Shown: piece after piece, positions 6,269-18,294 of the stretch
Position numbering within the stretch: the stretch's first letter is position 1
Layout of the letters: each line of letters opens with the position of its first letter
DNA from: a bacterium
GTDB taxonomy: Bacteria > Muiribacteriota > UBA6191
Assembly: GCA_036339875.1 (NCBI GenBank)
Contig: JAYZAC010000072.1
Location: 1 to 18,294 of the forward strand
Length of the DNA stretch: 18,294 nucleotides
Reading direction: 5' to 3'
Program-made: the position numbers and the translations under genes
The notes under the pieces: model-generated
Seen by the model: the letters and a program-made list of their open reading frames with translations, nothing else
Told to the model about the DNA's origin: nothing
Database searches by the model: none

Positions 6269-9079
6269 ATGCTTGTAAGATATTTCCTAATTTTGTGCTG
6301 TGCTTGTGTATTTATAACAACTAATAATCAAGCTAAACCTGCAACTAAGATTGCTCCTCTCTTGAAAGATTCCAAACCCATTAAAGGCTATTGGAAACTC
6401 AACGAAAAAGATGGTAAATATCTCATGACTCTTCGAAAAGGAGATCTGAATCGTGACTTCCTGATGACGGCATCAATAGCGCAAGGCGTTGGAGAAGGAG
6501 GTATATTTGCGGGAACATTACTGAAAACTAGGGTCATGGCCTTCAGAATCGTGGAAGACTATGTCCAGCTAATTTATAGAAATATTAATCACATATCCAG
6601 TAAAGACAAAGCCTTAAAACATGCCGTCAAATATGCATTTAGAGATACAATTATTGGTAACTATCCAATAGCCGCTCGTCAAGGCGGTAAAGTTTTATTT
6701 GATGCTACTACCCTAATGAAGTCAGACCTATTTTATCTAGCAGGCTGGTTAGCACGAATCAAAAAAACGCGACTCTCATACAACCCTAAAATATCGCATG
6801 TGAAAGAAGTTAAAAACTTTCCTAAAAATATAGAAATTAGATCCAATTTGGCTTACACACAGAGAGACGCATCGGGTTTAACTAGTCACTTTGAGATTTT
6901 GGTTCATTTTTCCTTTTTTCCATTTCCTAAAACTAAATATAGACCACGATTGGCAGATCAACGGGTAGGATATTTTTTAACTGTATTGAAAGACTTCAGT
7001 ATTCAAAATCATAGTGATAATTTTGTTCGCTACATCAATCGATGGGACATACGAAAAGCTGACCCAGCAGCAACAATGTCCCTACCGAAAGAACCAATCG
7101 TTTTTTATCTAGCTAAAACGATTCCCCATAAATACAGAAAGCACGTCAGAGAGGCTATTTTAGAGTGGAATAAAGCATTCGAGAAAGTTGGCATACTGGG
7201 CGCACTAGAAGCTAGAGTTCAAACTAGTCAAGATGATTGGGATCCTGAAGATAATCGCTATCATGTAGTTTCTTGGATAACTAGTGAAAGAGCGCAGTTC
7301 GGAGCAATTGGGCCGTCTAGAGTTAACCCTTTGACTGGACAAATTTTAGACGCTGATATTCTTTTCGATGAAAGTCGTGTTCGGGGTGCCATAATGCGCC
7401 TCAAAAGCATGTTTGAGAATCCTGAACCTTCAACGGAAAGCCTCCGGGAATCTTTTGCAGATATACTACCTCACTCACATGCAGACGGAAGCCCTTGTAG
7501 TGTCTATGATGTTGCAGGTGAGCATTTTGGAATGGCTTTTTTAGCTCAACTGCAAGCCGCTTTGGATACTGAAAAGCTTAGTGAAGCCGAAGAAATCGCC
7601 CCTAATTCAATTGCCAATACCGCCAAGACTGAACAGAAAGAAGTTAAAAAACAGATCATCCAACCTAAAATTAATATTGAATCAGCTGCATCTCAAAATA
7701 GTACATCTTCTACCACCGCCAAGATTGATCCAAAAGCTGCAGCAAAAGCCCTCGCTATGGCTCGTAAAAAGCGGTTGAAAACTTTTCACAAAGTCCGTGA
7801 CGAATATATAGGCCAACTAATCAAATGGATCATAATGCATGAAGTGGGCCACACATTGGGCCTAAGGCACAATTTCAAAGCCTCCACAGTTATACCAAAT
7901 AACAAACTTCACGACAAAGAACTAGTTGCTGAAAATGGTTTGTACGGCTCAGTCATGGAATATCCAGGTATCAATATCAACAAGGATTTTAGTAAGCAAG
8001 GCTACTATTACACACCTACTCTGGGACCCTATGATTACTGGGCAATTGAGTATGGTTACAAGCAAATTGCTCCGGCAAAAGAAAAAAAAGTTTTAGATAA
8101 GATCGCTAAAAAATCTTACTTAAAAGAACTAGCTTACGCCACGGATGAAGATACTCGCGGGTTTGGCGGTACGGAAATGGATCCATACGCTAATGTATAC
8201 GATTTGGGAGAAGATCCCATGGCATTCGCAGAGGATACCATCGAAATGATTTCAGCATCTTGGACAAAAATTGTTGATCGAATGATTGACGAGGGGCAGA
8301 ACTATATAGATGTAGAAAATGCGTATTTTGGTATGATTAACGCGTACGTACGAAGTCTAAAAATGATTTCAAAATTCGTTGCAGGCAAACAATTTTTGAG
8401 GATTCATAAAGGAGATACCGACGAACGTCCAATTATACCGGTAAGTTTTCAGAGACAACGAAAAGCACTAACGCTCCTTTCTAAATATGCTTTTGACGAT
8501 AAATTCCTTCAAATTCCTGCTGAATTAGCAGAATCTATGCCTTCCTCGCGATGGTGGCACTGGGGCAGTAATATCTATAATAAACCAGTGGATAAAAATA
8601 TTTTTAAGGTAATCGCTTATGTTCAAAAACAACCTATTCGCCGACTACTTTACCCTCGTGTCATGGCGAGATTAATCGATCAGAAGCTTCTTTACCCAGA
8701 TTCGGAAGAAGTCCTTGGGTTAGAGGACACTATGGATATCTTATATTCTTCGATTTTCAAGGAGTTTAATGAAAATTTACCCCAAAATATCAGCGAAAGT
8801 AATCCATTTATAGGTACTAATCGTCGTAATCTACAAAGATACTATATCGACCAACTTATGAATCTTACAAATAAATCTAAGATATCAGGCTATGACATCC
8901 CGTATGATGCCAAGACGCTTGCGAGGCACACTTTGGATAAATTGACTGATGATATCAACGAATTTGAGCGCCGCACTAACATGGATTTAGTGGATAGCAT
9001 GAGCAAAGTACACATTCATGACACGGAGGCACGAGTAAAAACTTTTCTCAACTCAAGTTACCGAAATCGTAATTACTAG
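6269..9079 (+). CDS. Secreted zinc-dependent metalloprotease (metzincin; DUF5117/DUF4953, EcxA-like)
   Basis: Signal peptide (MLVRYFLILCCACVFITTNNQA), RLADQRVGYF, YINRW, PIVFY, ILEWNKAFEK, NPLTGQILDADI, zinc motif HEVGHTLGLRH (7838-7870), Met-turn SVMEY, GPYDYWAIEYGY. Start reassigned to ATG 6269 after GGAGG. Confidence 0.92.
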   Translation: MLVRYFLILCCACVFITTNNQAKPATKIAPLLKDSKPIKGYWKLNEKDGKYLMTLRKGDLNRDFLMTASIAQGVGEGGIFAGTLLKTRVMAFRIVEDYVQLIYRNINHISSKDKALKHAVKYAFRDTIIGNYPIAARQGGKVLFDATTLMKSDLFYLAGWLARIKKTRLSYNPKISHVKEVKNFPKNIEIRSNLAYTQRDASGLTSHFEILVHFSFFPFPKTKYRPRLADQRVGYFLTVLKDFSIQNHSDNFVRYINRWDIRKADPAATMSLPKEPIVFYLAKTIPHKYRKHVREAILEWNKAFEKVGILGALEARVQTSQDDWDPEDNRYHVVSWITSERAQFGAIGPSRVNPLTGQILDADILFDESRVRGAIMRLKSMFENPEPSTESLRESFADILPHSHADGSPCSVYDVAGEHFGMAFLAQLQAALDTEKLSEAEEIAPNSIANTAKTEQKEVKKQIIQPKINIESAASQNSTSSTTAKIDPKAAAKALAMARKKRLKTFHKVRDEYIGQLIKWIIMHEVGHTLGLRHNFKASTVIPNNKLHDKELVAENGLYGSVMEYPGININKDFSKQGYYYTPTLGPYDYWAIEYGYKQIAPAKEKKVLDKIAKKSYLKELAYATDEDTRGFGGTEMDPYANVYDLGEDPMAFAEDTIEMISASWTKIVDRMIDEGQNYIDVENAYFGMINAYVRSLKMISKFVAGKQFLRIHKGDTDERPIIPVSFQRQRKALTLLSKYAFDDKFLQIPAELAESMPSSRWWHWGSNIYNKPVDKNIFKVIAYVQKQPIRRLLYPRVMARLIDQKLLYPDSEEVLGLEDTMDILYSSIFKEFNENLPQNISESNPFIGTNRRNLQRYYIDQLMNLTNKSKISGYDIPYDAKTLARHTLDKLTDDINEFERRTNMDLVDSMSKVHIHDTEARVKTFLNSSYRNRNY

Positions 9080-9082
9080 CTG

Positions 9083-9508
9083 CTAAGCATCGCTCCAAAC
9101 CGTCGGTCGACCCAACTCGTCTACTGCAACATAAACTATTTCGCAACGACATATTTCCCTTTGTCTATGATTATCCACATTGCGAGTTTGAACTAGTAAC
9201 TCCATAGTCATCGATGTGTTTCCATCTCGCGTAGGCCTACACCAGAATTGTATAAAATCACCCTGCAAAGCTGGATTGATAAATACGACTTCTGAGATTT
9301 TCTTTGTCAGGATACGACGGGTGCGCATGTGCTCCATGGCATACATTGCGGAAGCTTCATCAATCCAACTCAACAATTGGCCTCCAAAAAGAGTGTCTGC
9401 ATAGTTCAGATGTTTGCTGAAAATGAGAGTTTGAAAGGCTAATGACCAACCGTCCTTAGATAACTGGGTGCTCGAGGTAGATCGATATTTAGGATCATTT
9501 AAGTTCAT
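9083..9508 (-). CDS. Hotdog-fold acyl-CoA thioesterase (YciA-like)
   Basis: LNYADTLFGGQLLSWIDEASAMYA and YVAVDELGRP signatures. Confidence 0.9.
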   Translation of the reverse strand: MNLNDPKYRSTSSTQLSKDGWSLAFQTLIFSKHLNYADTLFGGQLLSWIDEASAMYAMEHMRTRRILTKKISEVVFINPALQGDFIQFWCRPTRDGNTSMTMELLVQTRNVDNHRQREICRCEIVYVAVDELGRPTVWSDA

Positions 9509-9601
9509 TCTTCCATAAGAACCGTTGTCAGACTAGTTGTCAAGTCTACGAACACAACTCGAACAAGTAAAACTGTTTTCATCATTTTTTGATTTAGAGT
9601 G

Positions 9602-9607
9602 TACAAT
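9602..9607 (+). promoter_or_regulatory. Sigma-70 -10 hexamer TACAAT, probably giving a leaderless transcript of the radical SAM gene
   Basis: TACAAT-taagac-ATG; 6 nt to the start codon and no Shine-Dalgarno sequence. Confidence 0.45.
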
Positions 9608-9613
9608 TAAGAC

Positions 9614-10459
9614 ATGTTGAATCAATACAGTAATCACAAAAGAGATTATGGCGATCTAAAGTATGTGTATCCAGTCATATCAAGACGCTCAGCCGGTTTA
9701 TCTCTGGGTATCAATTTAAACGTAGATAAATTATGTAATTTTGATTGCCCTTACTGTCAAGTTGATCGCAGACAACATTCTGATTTACGTTTCGATCAGA
9801 ATGAATTCCAAAAAGAATTAGTTAGTATAATAAAGGATATTCGAGATGGTACTGTTTGGAAGCTGCCTCGATTCAAAAATGTTGAGAACATCAACAAAAA
9901 ATTTAAGGATGTTGCGATAGCTGGTGACGGTGAACCTTCAACTTCTCCCTACCTACTTGAAACGATGGGCTATCTTCAAAAAATTTCTGAGGAATATTCG
10001 CTACCAGAGATCGTTTGGATCTCTAATGCTACTGGTCTAGCCAAAAGTCAGACACTGCAATCACTAAGGATTCTTGAACAGTTGAAAGGCACTATATGGG
10101 CTAAATTAGATGCAGGTTCTCAAGAATATTTCGAGCTTATTTCGGCCTCAAAATATAATTTGGATCGCATTCAATCTATGATTGAAAAGATACCTGCAGG
10201 AGTAAAACTCAAAATTCAGAGTTGCTTCATGAAAGTAGAAGGCAGCCCCCCCTCCCCTAATGAAATTGATTTGTATATCTCGCGTCTAATGTCGATAAAT
10301 CAGAATCGTAATATAGCAGAAGTCCAGATTTATACAATTGCAAGGAAACCGGCTCAAAATTATGTGAGTCCACTGAAACTCACAGAAATGCATAATATAC
10401 TTGCTCCGATTAAAGAAACCAATCTACCTGTCAAATTTTACTCTGGCGCAGCGGATTAA
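9614..10459 (+). CDS. Radical SAM protein (COG0731/TYW1-related, function unknown)
   Basis: YPVISRRSAGLSLGINL followed by CNFDCPYC (CxxxCxxC, 9734-9757), AGDGEPS, ISNAT, AKLDAG, VQIYTIARKPA. Confidence 0.9.
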   Translation: MLNQYSNHKRDYGDLKYVYPVISRRSAGLSLGINLNVDKLCNFDCPYCQVDRRQHSDLRFDQNEFQKELVSIIKDIRDGTVWKLPRFKNVENINKKFKDVAIAGDGEPSTSPYLLETMGYLQKISEEYSLPEIVWISNATGLAKSQTLQSLRILEQLKGTIWAKLDAGSQEYFELISASKYNLDRIQSMIEKIPAGVKLKIQSCFMKVEGSPPSPNEIDLYISRLMSINQNRNIAEVQIYTIARKPAQNYVSPLKLTEMHNILAPIKETNLPVKFYSGAAD

Positions 10460-10479
10460 ATCATAGGATTAAGGATTAA
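10453..10479. repeat. Three copies of GGATTAA at a convergent gene junction
   Basis: GGATTAA at 10453-10459, 10466-10472 and 10473-10479. Confidence 0.8.
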
Positions 10480-11764
10480 TATAAGCTATTAACCCCAGTT
10501 TCTGATGAGCGTAATTCTCATCATGATTAGGGGCGGTCAACTGACTCACTAATTGGTCGTCCATTGTATACCAATTATCCCCAACTTTTTTGTGACCATG
10601 ACCATCGTAAAACAGAATTTGTTCTGGGCAATCCATGTTTACTTCGCGTGGGGTTTGACAACAAAATTCCCATTCATACCATACATTATCAATACAGTAA
10701 TGAAAGACTTCCCTAATCTCATCAATACCCAATGGAACAAATAAACCTTCTGTTGATACTCTGGATACATCACCGTCAGATGAAATTTTAATTAAATTTT
10801 CTCCAGATTTAGTTTCTTCATATATCATCAGATATGAGCCAAACCAGCGTAACCAAGCTGGAACTGCATTGAAATCGATTATGGAGGACTTGTGGATCTC
10901 TAAATCCTTAATTTCGAGAATACAACATTGCCTTTCACGATTTATGTATACAACTTTTTGAGAAGCAATCTGAGGGTAAAAGAAATCTCGATTATAATAG
11001 TCTAAAAAGTTCTCAGAATCATTTACATGCTTTGTAAATATTTGACCTTTGTCATCAAAATAAATTGCATGATTACCAAGTCTATAGGCACCTAAAACTT
11101 CTCGTTTGATTTTCTCTATAAGCAGTGGACGTTTTGGCTCATGTATATCATAGAAGGCACCGCTTGATGTAAACACACATTTTGTTTTTTTATTTAATGT
11201 CAAAGGAATTCCCGATAAGTCAAAGGAAATTGGATCAGATTCATCATTCCCCCAGCAATATAAAGTATTCAGAGTTGTACCAAAGATTAAAGATTCTCCA
11301 ATTGAATCCATCAAGCTTAGCCCCTGCTTCCTAATGGGAAAATCTCCTATTAATTCGCCATCGTAATTAAACCAAACGACGCGATCTTTTGCCCAACATG
11401 CAAATCCCTTACTTAAAAGTACTGGAGACAGAGGTTCAAATGGATATGGACTCTTCCCCTCCAATTCATGACCGTCTTTCCACAAAAAGAAAAAACCATT
11501 TTTGAGCAGAAAAACTAGACAATTGCCTCGACGAGATGGAACACAAATAGAACTTTCAGGCAACTTGAGGTTCATGCCAATGTCTACTAGGTAATAAACT
11601 TTACTACCTTGTTGCTCAGAAAATTTCCAAGATAAGCCCATACAAACAATCGCAAGAGCGAGGATACTCCAATGTTCTTGTCCAAAGATTAAAAATAGGG
11701 TACTAAAACTCAGAAATAAAATAGAGCCAAGCACTCCCACAAGCTTTGCATTTCTTACATTCAA
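10469..11764 (-). CDS. Hypothetical protein: two N-terminal transmembrane helices plus a beta-rich, possibly propeller-like domain
   Basis: 431 aa ORF, TTG start with GAGGT RBS; two hydrophobic segments in the first ~48 aa; recurring short aromatic strands ending in D/G turns (VVWFNYDGE, LIFGTTLNTLYCW, IYFDDKGQIF). Fold is inference. Confidence 0.7.
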   Translation of the reverse strand: MNVRNAKLVGVLGSILFLSFSTLFLIFGQEHWSILALAIVCMGLSWKFSEQQGSKVYYLVDIGMNLKLPESSICVPSRRGNCLVFLLKNGFFFLWKDGHELEGKSPYPFEPLSPVLLSKGFACWAKDRVVWFNYDGELIGDFPIRKQGLSLMDSIGESLIFGTTLNTLYCWGNDESDPISFDLSGIPLTLNKKTKCVFTSSGAFYDIHEPKRPLLIEKIKREVLGAYRLGNHAIYFDDKGQIFTKHVNDSENFLDYYNRDFFYPQIASQKVVYINRERQCCILEIKDLEIHKSSIIDFNAVPAWLRWFGSYLMIYEETKSGENLIKISSDGDVSRVSTEGLFVPLGIDEIREVFHYCIDNVWYEWEFCCQTPREVNMDCPEQILFYDGHGHKKVGDNWYTMDDQLVSQLTAPNHDENYAHQKLGLIAYINP

Positions 11765-11878
11765 TTTATAACCTCAATGAGTGACTATATTTACCACTCG
11801 ACAGGTAAGATACCATCACCTCTTGTCACTCTGCCCACCTAAGGTTTGAATCTGCTGAAAATTTATCAAAAAAATCGC

Positions 11879-11907
11879 TTTCACTTTCTGATTTGGTTTA
11901 CTAAGAT
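11879..11907 (+). promoter_or_regulatory. Possible sigma-70 promoter for the diguanylate cyclase-eno-ygfA unit
   Basis: TTTCAC-N17-TAAGAT, ending 39 nt upstream of ATG 11947. Confidence 0.3.
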
Positions 11908-11946
11908 GTTTTCCTGTCTAATGATCAATACAAAATTTGAACACCT

Positions 11947-15581
<3,635 letters not shown>

Positions 15582-15592
15582 GGAGTAAAACG

Positions 15593-16213
15593 ATGGCATA
15601 TCAGTTTGGAGGGCATGGTTCTCTAAAAGCTCAAAAAAAGTTTTTACGTAATCGATTTAAAAGTATTCGCGATCGTCTTCCAAGACGAACTAGAATTAAT
15701 CTCTCTAGACGGGTATGCCTGCGTTTGGCTGAATATATCCAACAGTTTGGTGAGGATGACCAAACCCTACGGATTCTAGCCTATCATTCAGTTGGAAGTG
15801 AATTAGATCTTCAACGTTTAATTGGATTCAACTTTAAAAATCCTATCCAATGGATATTACCTCATTGTCCCGATAAGAATACAATTGCAGTTCGCTATTA
15901 TGATCCTAGTCGAAGTCTTAAACCTGATGCTTTAGGAATACCTGCTCCTGACGATCAATCGCTGTCGGCAGAGGAAGACCAAATCGATCTAGCTTTAGTT
16001 CCAGGGCTTTGCTTTGATCGTAAGGGATATCGACTCGGTTACGGTGCTGGATTCTATGATAGGCTTTTGCCTAGACTAAAAGAAGCTACGCTAATCGGCA
16101 CATCATTCGAAGTACAGATATTCAATGGCGTTATGCCAATAGAGGCAAATGATGTACAACTACATGGGTTAGTATGCGAAAAAGGTTGGATTAGAATTCC
16201 AGGGAAAATGTAA
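15593..16213 (+). CDS. ygfA: 5-formyltetrahydrofolate cyclo-ligase
   Basis: IDLALVPGLCFDRKGYRLGYGAGFYDRLL signature; GGGAG RBS; 11 nt after eno. Confidence 0.92.
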   Translation: MAYQFGGHGSLKAQKKFLRNRFKSIRDRLPRRTRINLSRRVCLRLAEYIQQFGEDDQTLRILAYHSVGSELDLQRLIGFNFKNPIQWILPHCPDKNTIAVRYYDPSRSLKPDALGIPAPDDQSLSAEEDQIDLALVPGLCFDRKGYRLGYGAGFYDRLLPRLKEATLIGTSFEVQIFNGVMPIEANDVQLHGLVCEKGWIRIPGKM

Positions 16214-16227
16214 TCGGAGTAACTAGC

Positions 16228-18294
16228 TTAGTCCTGCAATTCGAGCTCTAGAGGCCAAGCCTCTCGTAGTTCTTCCTCTGACTGTAACTCGTTATGATTG
16301 AATGGGTCGTAATTAGACCAGTGATTTAGTCTTTGCGACAACCTCGTGTATCGTTTTTTGCCTTCCAAATTGTTAATTGCCATATTGAAAGCTACGGGAT
16401 CACCCAAACAAATCACTAGCTTTTTACCACGTGTAATGGCCGTGTATAGAAGATTTCGCTTTAACATATTAAAATGTGCTTTACTTAAAATAACAATAAC
16501 ACAAGGAAACTCTGACCCCTGCACTTTGTGAATTGATGTACAGTAACTAAGCGTTAGATCAACAAGTTCCTTTTTTTTATATACAACTCGGCGACCCTCT
16601 TCAAATCGAACTTCGATTCCTCCGTTATTAAAATCGATACGATCAACAATACCCTGATCTCCATTAAATACTTCTTTTTCGTAATCGTTGTTGAGCTGCA
16701 TTACCCTATCACCAACGCGAAAACTACGTCCATATGCATTCAAGTCATCTTGGTCGGGGTTCAACCAATCCTGAAGCAACTCATTGAAGCGATCGATACC
16801 CGATTCGCCTCGATACATGGGAGCTAATATTTGGACATCTAATATTGGATTAAAATCAAACTTTTGTGGAATCCTTTCCAGTAATAAACGTCTAAGAGTT
16901 GACTGAAGATTTTCTGATTTTTTACTTGGAATGAAGAAAAAATCTTGACCAACATTAGATGGAAACCAAGAGCCCTGATTAACGGCATGCGCACTAGTTA
17001 CGATATCTGAACTTTTTTCCTGACGAAAAATTTCTTTAAGTCTGGTAACTGGTATTTCGTTACTACTTATTAAATCTAACAACACACAACCTGGTCCTAC
17101 CGAAGGTAATTGATCTACATCTCCAACCATTACCAAAACTGCCTCTAAAGGTAAGGCACTCAAGAATGCACTGAAAAGTGAAATATCAATCATTGAACAT
17201 TCATCAAGAATAAAAACATCTCCTTGAACGGGCTCATTTTCATCATGCTCAAATCCACCCCCCCGATATTTTAATAGCTTATGAATTGTAGAAGCCGAAT
17301 GTCCTGTGGCCTCTTCCATTCTTCGAGCTGCTTTACCCGTTGGTGAACACAGAGTCACTATCCTACCTTGCTCCTCGTAAAGACTTACTAAGGTGCTTAA
17401 CACTGTCGTCTTTCCTACACCCGGACCGCCCGTGATTATGCTAACTTTAGAAGCCATAGCAGCATCAATTGCCTGTAATTGTTCGTCGCTCAATGCAAAA
17501 TCAGGTACCAAACTTTGAAACTGTTTATCGCTTAGTTGCTTGAAGACCTTAGGTTCTGTTTTCACCAGAGTCGCTAGTCTCACTGCAACTCGGTCCTCTT
17601 GGTCCATAATCCATGGAATATATATGGCATCATCATATGAACTAAACTCTTGCTCTTCTACGGCCAAACGCAGTTGTGATTCGATTATTTCTAACTCTAC
17701 CTGAAGCAAATCTACAGCTCGAATAATCAGTTCCTCTTTAGGCAAATAACAATGACCCTCTGAATGACTCTCTAAAAGAATATGGCGAATACCAGCTCGA
17801 CATCTCGTAGCAGATTGATAAGGAATTTCCATTTGTCTAGCCATACGGTCAGCCGTCATGAAACCGACACCAGTAATATCTCTCGATAATCTGTAGGGAT
17901 CTTTCTGAATCTCCTCCATTGATTTATATCCATACCGATCAAACACCTTTATGGCAATTGATTCTGTCAAACCATAACTTCTCAGAAAAATCATTACATC
18001 GCGAATGATTTTCTGCTCACGCCATGCCTCGATAATACTTGCTACTCTTTTAACCCCTAACCCATCAATTTCGCCTAATCGATCAGGTTGATTTTCAATA
18101 ACATCCAAAGTCTCCATACCAAAATGATTTACTAACTTTTCAGCGTAAACTGCACCGATACCAGGAATTAACCCCGAACCTAAATACTTTCTGATACCAA
18201 TCAACGAATCTGGTTTGATCATTTGGAAATACTTGATCTTAAATTGCTTCCCAAAGCGAGCATCAGAAATCCAACTACCACTGAGGCGCATTAG
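16228..18294 (-). CDS. recD2: ATP-dependent RecD2 (RecD-like, SF1B) DNA helicase, 5' end beyond window
   Basis: HhH-containing N-domain (YLGSGLIPGIG, IDGLGVKR, GVGFMTAD), Walker A TGGPGVGKTT, PTGKAARR, ILDECSMID, GDVDQLPSVGPG, FRQ, FRVGDRVMQ, SIHKVQGSEF, LLYTAITRGK. The frame is still open at 18294, so ATG 18291 is probably internal. Confidence 0.95.
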   Translation of the reverse strand, partial: LMRLSGSWISDARFGKQFKIKYFQMIKPDSLIGIRKYLGSGLIPGIGAVYAEKLVNHFGMETLDVIENQPDRLGEIDGLGVKRVASIIEAWREQKIIRDVMIFLRSYGLTESIAIKVFDRYGYKSMEEIQKDPYRLSRDITGVGFMTADRMARQMEIPYQSATRCRAGIRHILLESHSEGHCYLPKEELIIRAVDLLQVELEIIESQLRLAVEEQEFSSYDDAIYIPWIMDQEDRVAVRLATLVKTEPKVFKQLSDKQFQSLVPDFALSDEQLQAIDAAMASKVSIITGGPGVGKTTVLSTLVSLYEEQGRIVTLCSPTGKAARRMEEATGHSASTIHKLLKYRGGGFEHDENEPVQGDVFILDECSMIDISLFSAFLSALPLEAVLVMVGDVDQLPSVGPGCVLLDLISSNEIPVTRLKEIFRQEKSSDIVTSAHAVNQGSWFPSNVGQDFFFIPSKKSENLQSTLRRLLLERIPQKFDFNPILDVQILAPMYRGESGIDRFNELLQDWLNPDQDDLNAYGRSFRVGDRVMQLNNDYEKEVFNGDQGIVDRIDFNNGGIEVRFEEGRRVVYKKKELVDLTLSYCTSIHKVQGSEFPCVIVILSKAHFNMLKRNLLYTAITRGKKLVICLGDPVAFNMAINNLEGKKRYTRLSQRLNHWSNYDPFNHNELQSEEELREAWPLELELQD

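Noticed and set aside
11779..11821. Fluoride (crcB) riboswitch, tempting because eno is nearby
   Set aside because: Only the first hairpin resembles it. The AAAC linker and the downstream pseudoknot segment are absent, and it faces away from eno.
15582..15592. 6S RNA (ssrS), often found upstream of ygfA
   Set aside because: The eno-ygfA gap is only 11 nt.

Overview
Gene-dense bacterial chromosomal segment, mostly housekeeping, with no mobile element, CRISPR array, rRNA or tRNA detected. Left end (1-2916, minus strand): argC-argB-argD, with argD running off the window. These genes are richer in GC and GCGC than the rest and deviate at several conserved motifs. In the spacer before argC is a 12-codon Arg-rich uORF (MNSHIIRRRCRA) whose ATG overlaps the grxD stop codon, a candidate arginine-sensing leader peptide and the most interesting signal here. 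Further minus-strand genes: grxD, bolA, an AsmA-like membrane protein, a TrmJ-type RNA methyltransferase, a small exported protein and a stand-alone YqfO/NIF3 PII-like protein. These are followed by a large secreted DUF5117/DUF4953-type zinc metalloprotease (+), a hotdog acyl-CoA thioesterase (-), a COG0731-like radical SAM protein (+) and an orphan membrane-anchored beta-rich protein (-) with a structured leader. The right end holds a CHASE2-GAF-GGDEF diguanylate cyclase translationally coupled to enolase and followed by 5-formyl-THF cyclo-ligase (+), then a RecD2-type helicase (-) truncated at its 5' end by the window. All calls come from reading motifs by eye; no database search was run.
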